64,000 nt of DNA from the human T2T-CHM13v2.0 reference genome, Homo sapiens (GCF_009914755.1 NC_060934.1), one strand, 5' to 3'; counted from the stretch's first letter, positions 1-15,366 are shown. Program-made: numbers and translations. The notes: generated by a model not told the origin, from the sequence alone.

Positions 1-2441
1 TCTGTGTGCTTGGCTTATTTCACTTAACATAAAGACCTACAGTTGCATCAGTGTTGCTGAAAATAGCAGGATTTTATTTTTTTTTTATGGCTGAATAATA
101 TTGCATTGTGTATACTACATTTTCTTTATTCATCTGTTGATGGACACTGAGGTTGATTTTATATTTTGGCTGTTGTGAATAGTGTTGCAGTAAATACGGG
201 AGTGCAGATGTCTTTTTGATATGTTGATTTTCTTTCTTTTGGATATATACCCAGTAGTGGAATTGCTGGATCATATGGTAGTTCTGTTTTTATTTTTTTG
301 AGAAAGCTCTGTACTCTTTTCCATAGTGGCTATACTAACTTAAATTTCTACCAGCAGTGTATAAGGGTTCCCCCTTCTCCATATCTTCGCCGGCATTCAT
401 TATTGCTTGTCCTTTTAGTAAAAGCCATTTTAACTGGGGCGAGATGATGTCTCGTAGTTTTGATTTGCTTTTCTCTGATCATTCATGATGTTGAGGATTT
501 TTTCATACACCTCTTGGCCATTTTTATGTCTTCTTTTGAAAAATGTTTATTCAGATCTTTTGCCTGTTTTTTAATTGGATTATTTGTGGGGGTGTGTCTG
601 TGTGTGTGTGTGTGTGTGTGTTTGCTTGCTTGCTTGCTTGCTTCCTTGCTGTTGAGTTGTTTGAGCTCCTTATATATTCTGGTTGTTAATCTTTTGGCGG
701 GTGAGTAGTTTGCAAATATTTTCTCCCATTCTGTGGGTTGTCTCTTTACTTCATTGTTTCCTTTGCTGTGCAGAAGCTTTTTTTTTTAGCTTGATGTAAT
801 CCCATTTGTCTATTTTTGCTTTGGTTGCCTGTGCCTTTGAGGCCTTAAACAAAAAAAGTTTGGCCAGACTAGTATCCTGGAGTGTTTTCCCAGTGTTTTC
901 TTCTGGTAGTTTCATAGTTTTGGGTCTTAGATGCTTAGATGTAAGTCTTAAATCCATTTTGATTTGAATTTTGTATATGGTCAGATTGTTTTGTTCTTCT
1001 GCATGTAGTTATCCAGTTTTCCCACCACCGTTTATCAAAGAGACTGTCCTTTTCCCATTGTATGTTTTAGCTCCTTTGTCGATGATGAGTTGGCTCTATA
1101 TGGATTTACACCTGGGTTCCCTGTTCTGTTCCTTTGGTCTGTGTTTTGTTTTTATGCCAGTGCTGTAGCTTTGTAGTAAATTTTGAAGTCAGGTAGTGTG
1201 ATGCCTCCAGCTTTGTTGTTTTTGCTTAGTATTGGTTTGGCTATTCAGGATCTTTTGTGGTTCCATATACATTTTAGGATTTGTTTTCTATTTCTGTGAA
1301 GAAGAATGTCATTGGAATTTTGATAGGGATTGATTGCATTGAATCTGTAAATTGGCTTTGGGTAGTATTCAACAATATGAATTCTTCCAGTCCCTGAGCA
1401 TAGAGTATCTTTCTATTTTTTAATGTCCACTTCAATTTCTTTCATCATTGTTTTATAGTTTTTCTTGTATAGATCTTTCACTTCTTTGGCTAAATTGATT
1501 CCTAGGTATGTTATATTCTTTGTAGCTATTGTAAATGGGATTGCTTTCTTGATTTCTTTTTCAGATTGCTTGCAGTTGGTGTATACCAACGCTACCGATT
1601 TTTGTATGTTGATTTTGTATCCTGCAACTTTACTGAATTTGTTTATCAGTTCTAACAATTTTTTTGGTGGAGTCCAGGTTTTTCTAAGTATAAGATCACG
1701 TTATCTGTGAACAGGCTTATTTGACTTCTTCTTTCTGATTTGGATGCCCTCTATTTCTTTCTCTTGCCTAATTGCTCTGCCCAGTACTTCCAGTACTATA
1801 TTGAATAAAAGTGGTGAAAGTAGGCATCCTTGTCTTGTTCCATATCTTAGAGGAAGGGCTTTCAATTGTTCCTTGTTCAGGATGATGTTTGCTATTGGTT
1901 TGTCATATATGGCCTTTATTACTTGAGATACGTTCCTTCCATACCCAGTTTGATGAGGGTTTTTTAAAATCATAAACAGATGTTAAATCTTATTAAATGC
2001 GTTTTCAGCATCTGTTGAAGTAATCATGGTTTTTGTTCTTAGTTCTGTTAATATATCACATTTATTGATTTGCACATGTTGGACCATCCTTGCATCCCTG
2101 GGATGAATCCCACTTGATCATGGCAAATATCTTTTTACTGTGTTTTTAAATTTGATTTACTAGTATATTGAGAATTTTTGCATCTATGTTTATCTGTGAT
2201 ATTGGCCTGTAGTTTTCTCTTCATTGTCTCCTCTGGTGTTAGTATCAGAGTAATGTTGACCTTGTAGAATGAGTTTGGAAATATTTCCTCCTCTTCAATT
2301 TTTTGAAGAGTTCAAATAGAAATTTATATTAGTTCCTCTTTAAATGTTTGGTAGAATCCAGCAGTGAAGCTATAAGGTCTTGGGCTTTTCTTTAATGGAA
2401 GAGTTTTTATTATAGCTTTGATCTCATTACTAAAATGGTCA
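1..2441 (-). mobile_element. LINE-1 fragment (ORF2 RT/C-terminal region and 3' part; older L1PB/L1MA-like), degenerate
   Basis: Minus-strand ORF fragments [68 protein letters not shown] are L1 ORF2; broken by stops and frameshifts. Confidence 0.95.
591..650 (+). repeat. (GT)n microsatellite followed by (TTGC)n
   Basis: Direct reading. Confidence 0.9.
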
Positions 2442-2469
2442 TTTTTTTTTTTTTTTTTTTTTTTGGTAA

Positions 2470-2960
2470 GTAAGGATAGATACGACAGCCAAAAGAGATC
2501 CAAAACGGGCAAAACTGGAGCCCCAAAAAAGAAAACCGATTCCGTAGAATACATAATTTAAAGTATAATTTAAGATGTTTCTTTTCCTTAAAGAAAGGAC
2601 TTAAATCTATTGAAAAGACACAACATGCTCCAGGGAAAACTGGCGCAACATTGAGACATATTCTGGTAAAAAATTTCAACTGGCAAAAGATCATATAAAG
2701 AAAATCAGGTTGGTGCAGAATAACAGAAACATTCAATACCAGAAAATAGTAGAGGAACTACATGTCAGCTACTCAAAGAACATGTGAGCCAAATATTTTT
2801 TTGTGCTGCCAAGGTGTCCTTTGGCTATAAAGACTATGTACTGGCTGGTAGTTTTAAACATTCAGGGTTTTACATCTTTTTATATGAGCCTTTCTTGAGG
2901 AAACATCTAGAAGACAGATACCAGCTAATCAGTAAATGAAAAAGGAAACTTCAGCAAAGG
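2470..2960 (+). mobile_element. Ancient L1 ORF1-like/HAL1-like fragment
   Basis: A-rich; motifs such as agacatattctggtaaaa, aaaatcaggttgg, tgtgagccaa resemble L1/HAL1 ORF1 3' half. Confidence 0.45.
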
Positions 2961-3199
2961 AATGAACTGCTAAATTCTCAATAATTAACTAGAAGATCAT
3001 ATTAGGGATCATAGTCTTCCTAATTTTAAAGGGAGTACTTTAATGTCTCACCATTATATATATAGGCTGCTTTCTAGATATCTGTTTATCAGGTAATCTA
3101 TTTACTATGAATTCTCTTTTTAGTCACAAGTGGCTGTTGAATTTTATGTCTAATAAGGCATAGGTTTTTTTAAATCTCTCAGTATGATTAATTTTATGA

Positions 3200-3605
<406 letters not shown>

Positions 3606-3720
3606 TCTGATGTTTTTATTTAAGATTTTTTTGCATGTGTTGTCATTGGTGATGTTACCTTAAAATGTTCTTTTATAGTTGTTCCTTTCTGGGTTTTCAT
3701 TCAAGGTTGTGCTAGACTTA

Positions 3721-4068
<348 letters not shown>

Positions 4069-4789
4069 TTATGTGGGAAAACTTCTGGGCTTGAGACTTA
4101 CATACCTATAACAACTAACTCTACCACTTATTTAATAGTTGTAGGTATATTCTGTTTTCTTAAGTAGGTTTTGATAAATTATTTCTGGAAAATTCCCCTG
4201 TTTTCTCTATGATTTCAATTTTTTCTATAAAAATTGTTTCTATTACCCTTATAATTTATAGTACATATAAATCACACTCCTTTTTATTTGTAATGTTGGT
4301 TTTCAGTGCCTTGTTTTGTCCTTGATTAATTTGACTAAAGATATATCAATATTTTTTGTCAAAAAGCTAATCTTTTTTCAGCTATTTTTTCTTCGGTTTA
4401 ATTAATATCTGATCTTCTCTTTTTATTTCCTCCTCTTATTTGCTTTGGGTTTACTGTGTTGTTCCATTTTCTGAGTTCTTGAATTGACCGTAGCTTATTG
4501 ATTCTTTAAATGTTTTTCTTTTGTAATGTATACATTTGAAATGAACAGTTTCTTATAGCTATTTTAGATAATATCTTAAGCTTAGATCATGTTACTCTTT
4601 AACTTATGAACGATTTATATGTAGGATTTTTAAAATTTAAATTTCCAAACATGAGGCTTTTGAGATTAACTTTTTATGGTTACATTGTCATTTTACTTGA
4701 TTTTGGTCAGAGATCAGTTGTTTTTTAGTACTCTTGGAATTTCCTTTGTGGCCAAATTCATAACCATTAGGTTTTGTTTTGGGGCTTTC

Positions 4790-6200
4790 AGCTCAACTTC
4801 ATTGAGGTCTAATTTTCATACAATAAAATGAACATAATTTAAGTATATAGTTCAGTGAATTTTGGTAAATGTATATACCATGTGATGACTACACCAATAA
4901 AAATAGTGTGTGTCCATCACCCCAGAAAGTTCCCTTGTGCATACCCCACTTGTAGTCAATTTTCCTATTCCTGCCCCCTGCTGTAGGCAACTAATGAAAT
5001 GCTTTTTATCACTATAGATTAATTTTGCTGCTTCTTGAACTGTATATGTATAGAATTTTACAGTATGTACTCTTGTGTCTGATGACTTTTGCCCAGTTTA
5101 ATGTTTTGAGATGCATGCATATATCAGTTTTACTTTTTTTAATTGCTGATTATTATTATGTGTGAATATACAAGTTTATCCATTCACCTATTGATGAATA
5201 TTGGAGTTGCTTCCAGTTTTAGGCTACTGTGAAAAAGCTGCTCTGAACATTCATGTGCAAGTGTTTTTGTGGATATGTTTTATTCTCTTGGGTAAATATC
5301 TAGGAATAGAATTTTGGGTCATATGGTAAGTATGTGTTTATAAGAAACTGATGTTATTTTTTAAATTGGCTATATAATTTTTCAGTTGGCTTTATATTTC
5401 TACTAGGAGTGTTCCAGAGGCTCCTCATCCTTGCCAACGCTTGGTATTTTCAGTCTTTTTAGCCATTCTACTGGAGCAGTAGTATTTTATTGTGGTTTTA
5501 ATTAGCACTTCCCTGATAACTAATAATATTGACCCATTTCCCATGTTTCTTTTTATTATATGCTTTATTTTGTGAAATGTGTCTATGAGTTTTTTATATA
5601 TTCTAGGTACAGGTACTTTACAAATATTTCCCATTTCTTAATAATGATACCTTGGAAGATCAGATGGTTTTAATTTTTAGGAAGTCTGATGTATACATTT
5701 TTCTAGGTCACTAATTTTGTGCCCTATGAAAACTTTATGTACCCCATAGTCAAGTACATTTTTTCCTATGATTTTTTAAATTTTATAATTTTAGCCAAAT
5801 AGTTATAGTTTTTATGTTTAGGTCTGTGATTCATTTTGAGTTAAATTTTATGGTTTAAGGTAGAGGTTTGAGGTTCATGTTTTTTTCCTCCATTTTAGTT
5901 GTTCTGTAGCAGCATTTATTGCAAAGATATTCTTTCTCAATGGAATTATACTGGCAATATTGAAAATCTGTTATCTGGACTCTATTCTGTTCCATTGATC
6001 TATATGCATTTTCTTTGTATCATTACCACCTTGTCTTGACTACTTTAGCTTTGTAGTAATTCTCAAAATCAGGTAGTGAGTCCTTCAGCTTTGTTCTTTT
6101 TCAAAATTGTTTTGGCTTATATCTTTCTTATATAAATTTTAGAATCAGATCATCAGTTTCTGCAAACTGAGATTGTGTTGAATCTGTAGATCAATTTTGT
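4790..6200 (-). mobile_element. Old L1 (L1MB/L1ME-like) 3' region
   Basis: L1M 3'-end pattern (ttcattgaggtctaattttcatacaataaaatg) followed by T-rich ORF2 antisense; ORF fragment KTENTKRWQG. Confidence 0.75.
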
Positions 6201-6523
6201 GTCTTAACATCCCCCAGCAAAGTTAGAAAGCCAGGCAGTAATATCAGAGGGCACAAGCCCAGATTGAAGCTGGAAGACATAGTGCTCCAGAAAGGTCCTT
6301 CCAAAAAAAAGAAAAGAAGCTGCTCAAAACAGACAAAATCTTTGATCTATCTTTATCCAGAGGATATTGTTAGTTCTCTAGAATTTCAAGCTGAAATAAT
6401 GATTGGTAACTGAAAATTAAGCTATTTTAAATTCAGAAAAGCAAAACACGGTATAAGGAAAGAACTTGACTACACAGTATGGCTCAGCAATGATTAATAC
6501 ATACAGTTAAGTAGTGAAACCTA

Positions 6524-6819
6524 GGCCTAGCACGGTGGCTCATGCCTGTAATTCCAGCACTTTGGGAGGCCGAGGTATGCAGATCACTTGAGGCCAGGAG
6601 TTCGAGACCAACCTGGCTAACATGGTGAAATCCCATCTCTACTAAAAATACAAAAATTAGCCGGGCATGTTGCTGGGCACTTGTAATCCCAGCTACACGG
6701 GAGGCCGAGGCAAGAGAGTTGCTTGAACCCGGGAGGTGGAGGTTGCAGTGAACCAGAATCAAGCCACTTACGCTCCAGCCTGGGCCACGGAGCAAGACTC
6801 CGTCTCAAAAAAAAAAAAA
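6524..6819 (+). mobile_element. AluS
   Basis: Full dimer with poly-A. Confidence 0.95.
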
Positions 6820-7084
6820 GTAAGCACCCAACAAATGTTAGCCATTGTTATCATTAATAACAATAGCTTCCTTGCTAACAAATACTAGGATAACGTCTCT
6901 ATCCATGGCAGCAAAGAAAAAAGGAATTTGCTAAGTTATCTGATGCCAGTGCACCATGCCTCATGCACAGCAAGCCTTCAGTAAAGTTCCTTGTAGAGTC
7001 ACAACTGAAAGGAGCTTTAGAAAGGCAATTATAACTAAAGGAGGCCTTAGAGAGTATAAATTTAACAAAATCCATCAGTTAGTA

Positions 7085-7527
7085 TGTCTTCAGCTTCCAA
7101 TAAAAGTTTAAACAATAAGGAACATTTATTATTTCATGTATAAAGCCCAAAGATGAGGCAGCCCCCAGGTTAGTTTATTTCATCAGTTCAGGGATCTAGT
7201 TTCTTTCTGTTCTGTTCCGTTCTATGTTGGCTGCCATCTTGGTTGCAAGGAGATCCAGGCAACACATCTTCAGACAAGATCCTAGGCTAGAAGATGGAGT
7301 CCTTTTCTAAGAAAGGTTTCCCAGAACTCTCTCTGTAGACTTCCATTTATATCTCACTGGCCAGAACTGAGTCACATGTTTATTCCTAAAACAAACACTA
7401 TTCAAAGGGAGTGGAATTACCATAATGATCTTAGAGTAATTAAGATTCTCATTCTCTTTCTCTCTCTCTCTCTCTCTGTCTCCCCCCCCAACCCCACACA
7501 CACACATACTCACTCTCCCTCACTCAT

Positions 7528-7571
<44 letters not shown>

Positions 7572-7670
7572 CTTCTGAACCATGGGATAACCTGATACCT
7601 GAACAAAATTGTGGTTTTATGGAAGGGAAGTAAAAGGGACATGATTGTTGGGAAGTCAATCCAATGTGTC
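7085..7670. mobile_element. MaLR solo LTR (MLT1J/K-like) interrupted by a microsatellite
   Basis: ctcactggccagaactgagtcacatg and catcttggttgcaag motifs typical of MLT1 LTRs. Confidence 0.6.
7455..7568 (+). repeat. (CT)n/(CA)n compound microsatellite
   Basis: Direct reading. Confidence 0.92.
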
Positions 7671-8301
7671 TTTAACCACTGTCTCAAAACACATTAGTGG
7701 TAGCACCTAGTGAGTTCAATAGGTAGACCAGAACCCTGGTCTCCCTATTCCTAATTTTCCCCTACATAAACAACCTCCTTCATGAATTATTATCAACATA
7801 GCTACTTTTCCTAAAAAATTTTGAATGTATCCACACAATTCTACCTCCAGTTCTTTTTGGGGGGAAAATGTGCTGTAAAACTATACATGCTGTTTTTGTG
7901 AAGCATATTAAAATCCTTATTCCACAGACTCATGATAAAAACTGAAAACTTGACCACCTTTGTAATCTTTTTCTTCGTTCTTATTCTTCTCTCCCTTCTT
8001 CCCTTAATCAGTCATATTAAACTATTTGCAGTTCCTTTAATGTATCATGTTTAAACCGCTGTTCATTTGCTCATACTATTTCTGCTATCTAGAAAATGTA
8101 CACTAGTTTCCTTTTTTGGCTTCCTCATTGGAATATCTTCCAGATTTCAAGTATCTGTGCCTCCATGAAATCTTTCTTGACATAGCTCCATCTCCATAAA
8201 ATTGGTTGTATCACTGTACATCCACTATATCATGTTTTAGATACTCCTACACATTTATAGTACTAATTTCTTTGCAGATTTTTCTTCCTTGTCTATTCTG
8301 A

Positions 8302-8824
<523 letters not shown>

Positions 8825-9315
8825 TAATAGAGACTGTTTGCCATTTGTCTTGATAAATCCAAGATATAGCATGATATTGGATGCATAATAGTCACCACTA
8901 ATAGTTTTGTTTAATGAATATATATACAACTAATTTGGGGGAGGAGAGAGATTTTTGTAAATTGTGTTCTGCTTGATTCCGTTATTTTCAACTAGTGGAA
9001 TAAAGATGTGGTTCTGTGATCTCTTCATTTTGAAAGATTTTTTTTCAGTAAGGCAAAAGCGATTAAGCATAATATATTTCTGTGTACAAAATTTTCTTTA
9101 GAAGTTAAAGACTTTTGGAGGAAAAACATTTCAGATTATGTGTTATAGCTTATAGAACAAATTAAGTCCTTAGCTGAGAATACTTGTCAAAGGAGGTAAA
9201 TAAATATTACATAATTATTCCTAATACAAATTACTCAGCGAACATTTGTTTCTATAGTAAATATGCTATAAATAGAATTGTTCACTTTATGATTTTTTTT
9301 CTTTCTTCATTTTAG

Positions 9316-9449
9316 CATTTATGACATTAACAGAGAACAGGACTATGTCAAGAATTCTGAGGGTATACTTGGTGAAAATGAATTAAGACCACCCTCCCAG
9401 CTACATTCTCTCTTAGAGAAGATCGAGACAGGGTCCCTATCAGAAAAGA
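9316..9449 (+). CDS. TASOR2: TASOR2 upstream exon A (134 nt); putative coding N-terminal extension IYDINREQDYVKNSEGILGENELRPPSQLHSLLEKIETGSLSEK, or 5'UTR in short isoforms
   Basis: Long polypyrimidine tract + ttttag acceptor; donor AGA|gtgggt; stop-free frame; its last nt (A) completes codon ATT with exon B. Confidence 0.7.
9321..9386 (+). other. Out-of-frame uORF in exon A: MTLTENRTMSRILRVYLVKMN*
   Basis: ATG 9321 to TAA 9384-9386 with three in-frame ATGs; different frame from TASOR2. Confidence 0.5.
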
Positions 9450-12179
9450 GTGGGTATTAAACTAAGTGCTATAAGTCATAACTAATGAATCCAGAATAGA
9501 ATGATTAAAATGTTTTTAGTTTTAATTTAGATCATGTAAAACAAAAAGACTTTAAAAAATTATGATTTCCAGTACCTATATTTTTTAAAATAATCATTAG
9601 TCCAAAAGTAATAGGTGATTAACTTTTCAAATTGCAACATAAAACACGTATGTTCCTCTGTTGTGATTGAATTTAACCTTTCTCACATGCTCTTTATTCA
9701 TCACTTAAGCCCTAAGGGATATACTTAATGCTTTATAGGCAAGCACTTTTCAAGTTTTACCGTCTTAGATTTTTAGGTTTCTTTGTGGTATAGCCCCCTC
9801 TTCATTTTCATAGTCTGGTAATCTTGAATGTTTAAATAAAGCTTGAGCATTGCTCAGCAGTTATGAGACCATTCATTCATAAAGTGTTTGTATTGTTTGG
9901 TGCACTGATTGGACTCTCAAATGAAAGTGTATTTTGTAAAGAAGGGAGAGCGTCAAATTTCTAGATGAAATTTTCATCTGTCTCCTCATTTACTGAACAG
10001 GAAACTTGTGCTTTCTTGAGAGTGTAATTGATGTCATTATGAACCCATGAAAGATTTAAGATTAGCTATGATTTTCCAACAACTTTGTTTTTAACATACC
10101 TCTGCTAACCATAAAATCACTGCTTTTATGCATATACTGCTATATATTGAAGAATACTGGCCTAAAGTGGAAGCATTTTTAACCATAAATAAATAGTTCT
10201 GGAAATAAAAATATATATAAGCAAAGAATAATTTGGTACTTGTTCCTCCTCCTTCGTTTTAAATCATTGGCTTTATTTATAGCTATATAGGGAACAGTAT
10301 TCCCCACACTGGTGTTAATGAAGTGTTCTCTGACCATGTATTTGGGAAACCCTGTATTAGTGTTTTTAATTGCACCATCTCTTCAGTTTTCAGTTCATTA
10401 TTGTGCATTATGATGCTCAAAAATGAGGACGTATGTAACTTAAATCTGTGCCTACCTATTAATGACTTACAGAATTTAGAGAAGTTGATAATCACAGTCT
10501 TCATTTCCAGAGTTACTTTTTAAAATATTTCTTTCAGTGTAAACAATGTGTTTCTCAAATATTGGTCTATAGGTAATTCAATTTTGAAACTTTCTTGCTT
10601 TTTTATAAATATCAAATATAAAGTTCCCAAAATTATTGTTTCTAAAGAAATCTTGATTTGTGTTTAGGCTAGCAGTACAGATTATTTGTAAAATGAATTT
10701 GAAAATGCTCAGGTTTGCCAGTTTGTTTTGAGTAATGCAGCTAATAAAGCTTTAATTTTAACTCTTATAACTGGTGTTTTGCTATTTGCATCTATTCAGA
10801 ATATCCCTATTTTTTAAAGCACTGGTATATTGAAGGAGAAAGTGAAACTGAGCAAAAGTAAAAGTAAAACTTAGAATGAATATATAAATCATGTATATCA
10901 ACTTCAGAATATTCGTAAACATTTCATTCTTTTCTATTTACAGTCTTTCATTTTGATACTTGGAAGTTTATTAAAAGATTTTTTAAATGCCTTGATAATT
11001 AAAGTATTAGGACAATTTAGTCTAAATTTAGCTTACTAAAATGTTTGCTTTCATTTCTGAGATAGTCTAGTTTTTGTATATTGGTTACTTACAAGTTAGT
11101 TTTAATTGAGATTCTTTTTTCTCTTTAATTTTTGAACTTTAATACATTTGGCAGTTTTGGTAAAAGTAGGAAGCCATATTACTGTACTTCATAACATTTA
11201 TACTATATGACCAGTACTTCCAGTGCTATATAAATCATTCTCTTCTCCTTATTGTTTATAAATACTAGGTTTGTAAAACCCCCCAACCTTAATAAAGAGA
11301 ATAGAAAGAGTACAAATAGGAGAGTGAACAGTTAAAATAGTTAGATGCAAGAGTGTCCGTAGGTCATTAGGCTCAGTTCTTGCTAAAGTAGAGACTTGTA
11401 AAATCAAAAGGCACAAAGAGTCAGTCAACATAATTACTGGATCCAGTCGGTAATTCTCAATTAGGAAACGTGCCTCTCATGGGAAGGGTGTATCACAGTC
11501 CCTCAAAGCTATCTCACATGGGTATGGTTTGAAAAAAGCACCTTCAAAAAATTGTAAGTGCAGCTCTGTTGTATAAAATGAAAGAAAGTGATTTTATAAT
11601 ACAACTCACAGGAAGTAAAACTCAATAGACTCTTCTTGACGGGTGAGGAAATCCCAGAGATACAATGATTTCTATTGTGTCTGGTGAGTGGGCAATAGTA
11701 GGTCCCTTAAAAGGAACCTAGCTGACTTAGGGATTTAATGAAAATATGTAAAGAGTAAGTTTATCAAGTGTGGCGTATATATTTAAAAAAAAAAGAATAG
11801 AAACAAAGGATGAAAAAAACTAAAGAATGAGAAATTGCTCTAAAAGTCTAAGCAGCTCCTGACCACCACCTTGACACTACAGTTGTATCCACTTTTGACC
11901 AACTACAGTTATAGTACACAGCTTTCAACCAAAAGACATACCAGGTCTGGCAGGACATATTTTAGCTCCTGTACTAAAAGTAATTCAGCTTCAGTTCTAA
12001 TTTATTTAGGTTATTTTCTTTACATCAGAGGTCTTTTAAATTTTGTTAAGACAGTACAAATATTTCTTAGTTATATAGGAAAGGAATAGGTGATGTTTTG
12101 AGTGATATTCAGTGTGTCTCCCTTAACCCCATCCTTTGGAATCTTAAATAGCTGCGTTATTTTTGTTTGTGTTTTACAG

Positions 12180-12325
12180 TTTTTGAGACAGTGTCCTTGA
12201 GTTCAGACTCTCTCTTCCAGAGGGCAGTTTCACTCCTCCATACTTCTTACTTGGACTCTTCATCTGAGCATGGTTTTCAGTACAGTCAAGTGACTTTGGT
12301 GAAAAATGACATTTTCTTAAATGAG
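12180..12325 (+). CDS. TASOR2: TASOR2 upstream exon B (146 nt), start of pseudo-PARP domain: (I)FETVSLSSDSLFQRAVSLLHTSYLDSSSEHGFQYSQVTLVKNDIFLNE
   Basis: gttttacag acceptor, GAG|gtgagg donor; inside ORF 12167-12364; SYLD...F.Y....LV.N..L.E resembles the TASOR DUF3715 region as I recall it. Confidence 0.8.
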
Positions 12326-12608
12326 GTGAGGTGCTTGGTACACACTATGATGGTTTTGTTTTAGTTTTAAAAGAGGTAAACCCATCATTTTTGGTATATA
12401 AGCCTAGCACTTTTTAGCTATAATTTTTCAGACACAGCAGATCCTTGGAAATAGTCACTTGGAAGGTAATTATTCTAGGGAATAGAAAAATAATGCATTT
12501 ATGTTTAGTCTTAATGGCAGGAAGAATTCAAATGATGCATTTTTAAAAATTTGCAAGACAAAATAGTATGTTTATAGCGTTTGGTTATTCTGTTCTCTCT
12601 TTATACAG

Positions 12609-12704
12609 TACAAAACTTTTTACCAACAAAAAAAAGCAAGTAGTTATACTCAGGAAGAACTTCAAGACACTTACGGGTTTCTTCTGTTTGATACTGAAAA
12701 GCAG
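12609..12704 (+). CDS. TASOR2: TASOR2 upstream exon C (96 nt): YKTFYQQKKASSYTQEELQDTYGFLLFDTEKQ
   Basis: ctctctttatacag acceptor, CAG|gtaagg donor, phase 0/0, stop-free; EEL..Y.FL pattern as in TASOR. Confidence 0.8.
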
Positions 12705-13701
12705 GTAAGGGAATTAGGTTGTAGAAAATTAATGGTATCATTAGTCTTAAGTATTGTGGTACTTCAGTTCTGTAAGAGTTGTAAGATTACCAATTCATCA
12801 GTGTTTTTTGTTGCTTAGTTTGGTGGCATGTAAATGACAGCAACAAAAAAGCCAGTCATGAAGGAGATTCGATTTGATTTCTACAACTTTTCACGGTTTC
12901 TCTTTAGTTTTATCTGAAATACATTTGTAAGCTTAGGGTGCAATTTGGATTAAAACAGTTTTCTTTAGTGTCAATAATGGCCTTTACTAGAGTGAATGGA
13001 TATTTTTCCATTCTGGATTATCGTTTAATAGAAACTTTGTTTCCTGTGGAAATTTTTCTGGTTTAAGTTATTTGATTTGGGAGATAAATCATGTAACTTA
13101 ATAAACTTTGGCATCCTGGTTAACTGAAATTGCTTCATTCAATATTTGAAGACTGAAATCTGTATTGTTGCCTGTACCTAAATTATGGGAGAAGGAAAGG
13201 ACCGTGTACAGGGTAGGTCTCCAAAGATATGTATGGCTTCCGAGATACATTTTAAACAATACCAGAGATCTAAAATAATTCAAAGTTAGTGCTTCGATTA
13301 GGTTAATGGTTTATAAAGAAGGGGGGCAGATTTGTTTAGCGGATAATTAGCACTAACATATAATAAGGACTATATAGTAATACCAGAAGAGTTTATCCCT
13401 TTTGAAATTTAATCGTCTGAATTCAAATAACACGCTCTGGGTTCTTACTAAAAATGACATTTGGCAACAAGACATTTTGAAATTTCATGCTTCTAAAGCT
13501 GTAGTTGGAAAATAAATCTTCTAGTGGACTTACCTGTGACCCTGCTTAGTTTGGTTTTCCTGACATTTTTGTTGATTGAAATGGTAAAATTCTATGAAAA
13601 GTTTGGGCCATTAATCAAAATACAGATTGCTTTGCATAAGTTTTCTTTGTGCCCCGAATACCTACAGTGAGCAGACTATTTATTTTAAAGCTTATGGATT
13701 A

Positions 13702-13857
13702 GGCCAGATGCAGTTGTGCCTCATGCCTGTAATCTCAGCATTTTGGGAGGCTGAGGTGGGAGGATTGCTTGAGCCCAGGAATTTGAGATCAGCCTGGGCA
13801 ATATAGTGAGACCTTGTCTCTATTGTATAATAAAAAATAAAATTAAAAAAAAAAAAA
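13702..13857 (+). mobile_element. FLAM/Alu left monomer
   Basis: Single monomer + A-rich tail, about 65 nt upstream of exon D. Confidence 0.85.
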
Positions 13858-13922
13858 CCTTACAGATTATAGCATTTTTTCATTGCTTCAAAGACTGAAG
13901 CAAAGTAATCTTTTGTTTAAAG

Positions 13923-13995
13923 GCAAAATTGGTATGTCAGTGTGGACTCCGTGTTGGCAGCAGTGCTGTTACCACTCTGGGTGATCCAGCCAAAG
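13923..13995 (+). CDS. TASOR2: TASOR2 upstream exon D (73 nt): AKLVCQCGLRVGSSAVTTLGDPAK(G)
   Basis: ttttgtttaaag acceptor, AAG|gtaagt donor; C..GL.VG.S....LG.P..G pattern matches the PARP-fold segment before GxY. Confidence 0.8.
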
Positions 13996-14439
13996 GTAAG
14001 TCCGTAAAGCAAAAAGAATCTTAAAAAAAAATCTTCTTTTACAAGATGAAGTGAGGTTTCATTAGTTTTATAAGATATGTATATTAAAAGCCAGTTTCAT
14101 TAAATGTCAAACAGTTCATAATGTTTAGATTTCTAACTTTAAACATATGAATGAGATTTGAGTCTAAAACTTAACAGTATTTTTCAGTGTCAAGAGATTG
14201 GTATTGTCTTGAGAATCTCTTCTAAATTGTCACAATGGCAATAAGAATAGAAAATAGAGCTGACCGAACTTGGCAACTATGGAATGTGAGGGGTAAGAGA
14301 GGAAATAATCAAATATAAGCTTTTAAACTTACACTACAGTGATAATTATTAATAGAAAAGAGGTACATAAGAAGAGAAGCAGATTGGTAGAGAAGCTGAT
14401 GAGTTAAAAATAAAAATATTATCTAATGTCAAGAACATG

Positions 14440-14585
14440 AATTAGCACTAACTTTTTTGAAGATTCAGTTTCTTCATGTGTAAAACAGATTAAACTACTT
14501 TATAGAGTTGTTGAGAGGATTCAGTGAGACTGGAAAGTGTTTAGCCCAGGAGTTTGCACCTAGTAAGTTCTCAGTAAATGGACAG
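14440..14585 (+). mobile_element. MIR fragment
   Basis: tcagtttcttcatgtgtaaaa and gttgttgagaggatt core motifs. Confidence 0.6.
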
Positions 14586-15366
14586 TACTACTTTTATGAG
14601 TTGAATTTGAGAAAAAGTGAGATTTTCATAAGTGTTTCTGAAAGATAGCCTATAGGTCATAAATATAGTTGGGAAAGGGATCAGAACTAGATTTGGGGCT
14701 AGGGTTGTGGGAGTGGGGTGTGAACTGAAGCTAAGACATTGTTAGTGGGATGGCATGGAAAGAGAAGATGGCAAAAACAGAACTTTTGGGTCATTAATGG
14801 GACCAGGGTGTGGGGAGGTACAGCGAGGATAGAACGAGGAATTGTCAAGAGCAGTCTGTTACCTGGAGACTTAGGAAATAGAGTTTCACGGAAAGCAGAA
14901 AGATCTCACGAAGAGGGGTATTTTTTATTAGTGCCAGGTGCTATGTAGAATGTGGAGATCAGAACTGAGAAAGATTATCGGGCTTCATGGCTAGATTCCT
15001 GCTGACCTTTTTTTTTTTTTAAAAAAACTGCTTTATTGAGATATAATTCACAATTATAGAATTCACCCATTGTTTAGTGTAGTCCCATAGTTGGGTAACC
15101 ATCATAACAGTCAATTTTAGACCATTTTTTTCACCCAAAAAAGAAATCCCATGGCCATTAGCAGTGACTCCCCATTCTCTACCATCTCTGCTCTAGGCAA
15201 CCACCAGTCTATTTTCTGCCTTTATAGATTTGCCTATTCTGGACATTTCATATAAGTGGAATCATATCATATATGGTATTTTTTGAGTAACTTCTTTTAG
15301 CATGTTTTTAAGGCATATTGTAGCATGAACCAGTAGTACTTCATTCCTTTTTATGATTGAATAATA

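Noticed and set aside
74-1973. Minus-strand ORFs resembling reverse transcriptase
   Set aside because: Fragments of a dead L1 ORF2 with many stops and frameshifts; not a functional or novel RT system
2442-2472. Poly-T run followed by a perfect GTAAGT donor at the L1 boundary
   Set aside because: No convincing paired acceptor or reading frame; cannot support an exon from sequence alone
12900-13215. Repeat-free intronic stretch with possible cryptic exon (tttaatag near 13030 to CAGG|gtaggt near 13212)
   Set aside because: Weak acceptor; may be conserved non-coding sequence, but that cannot be judged without alignments
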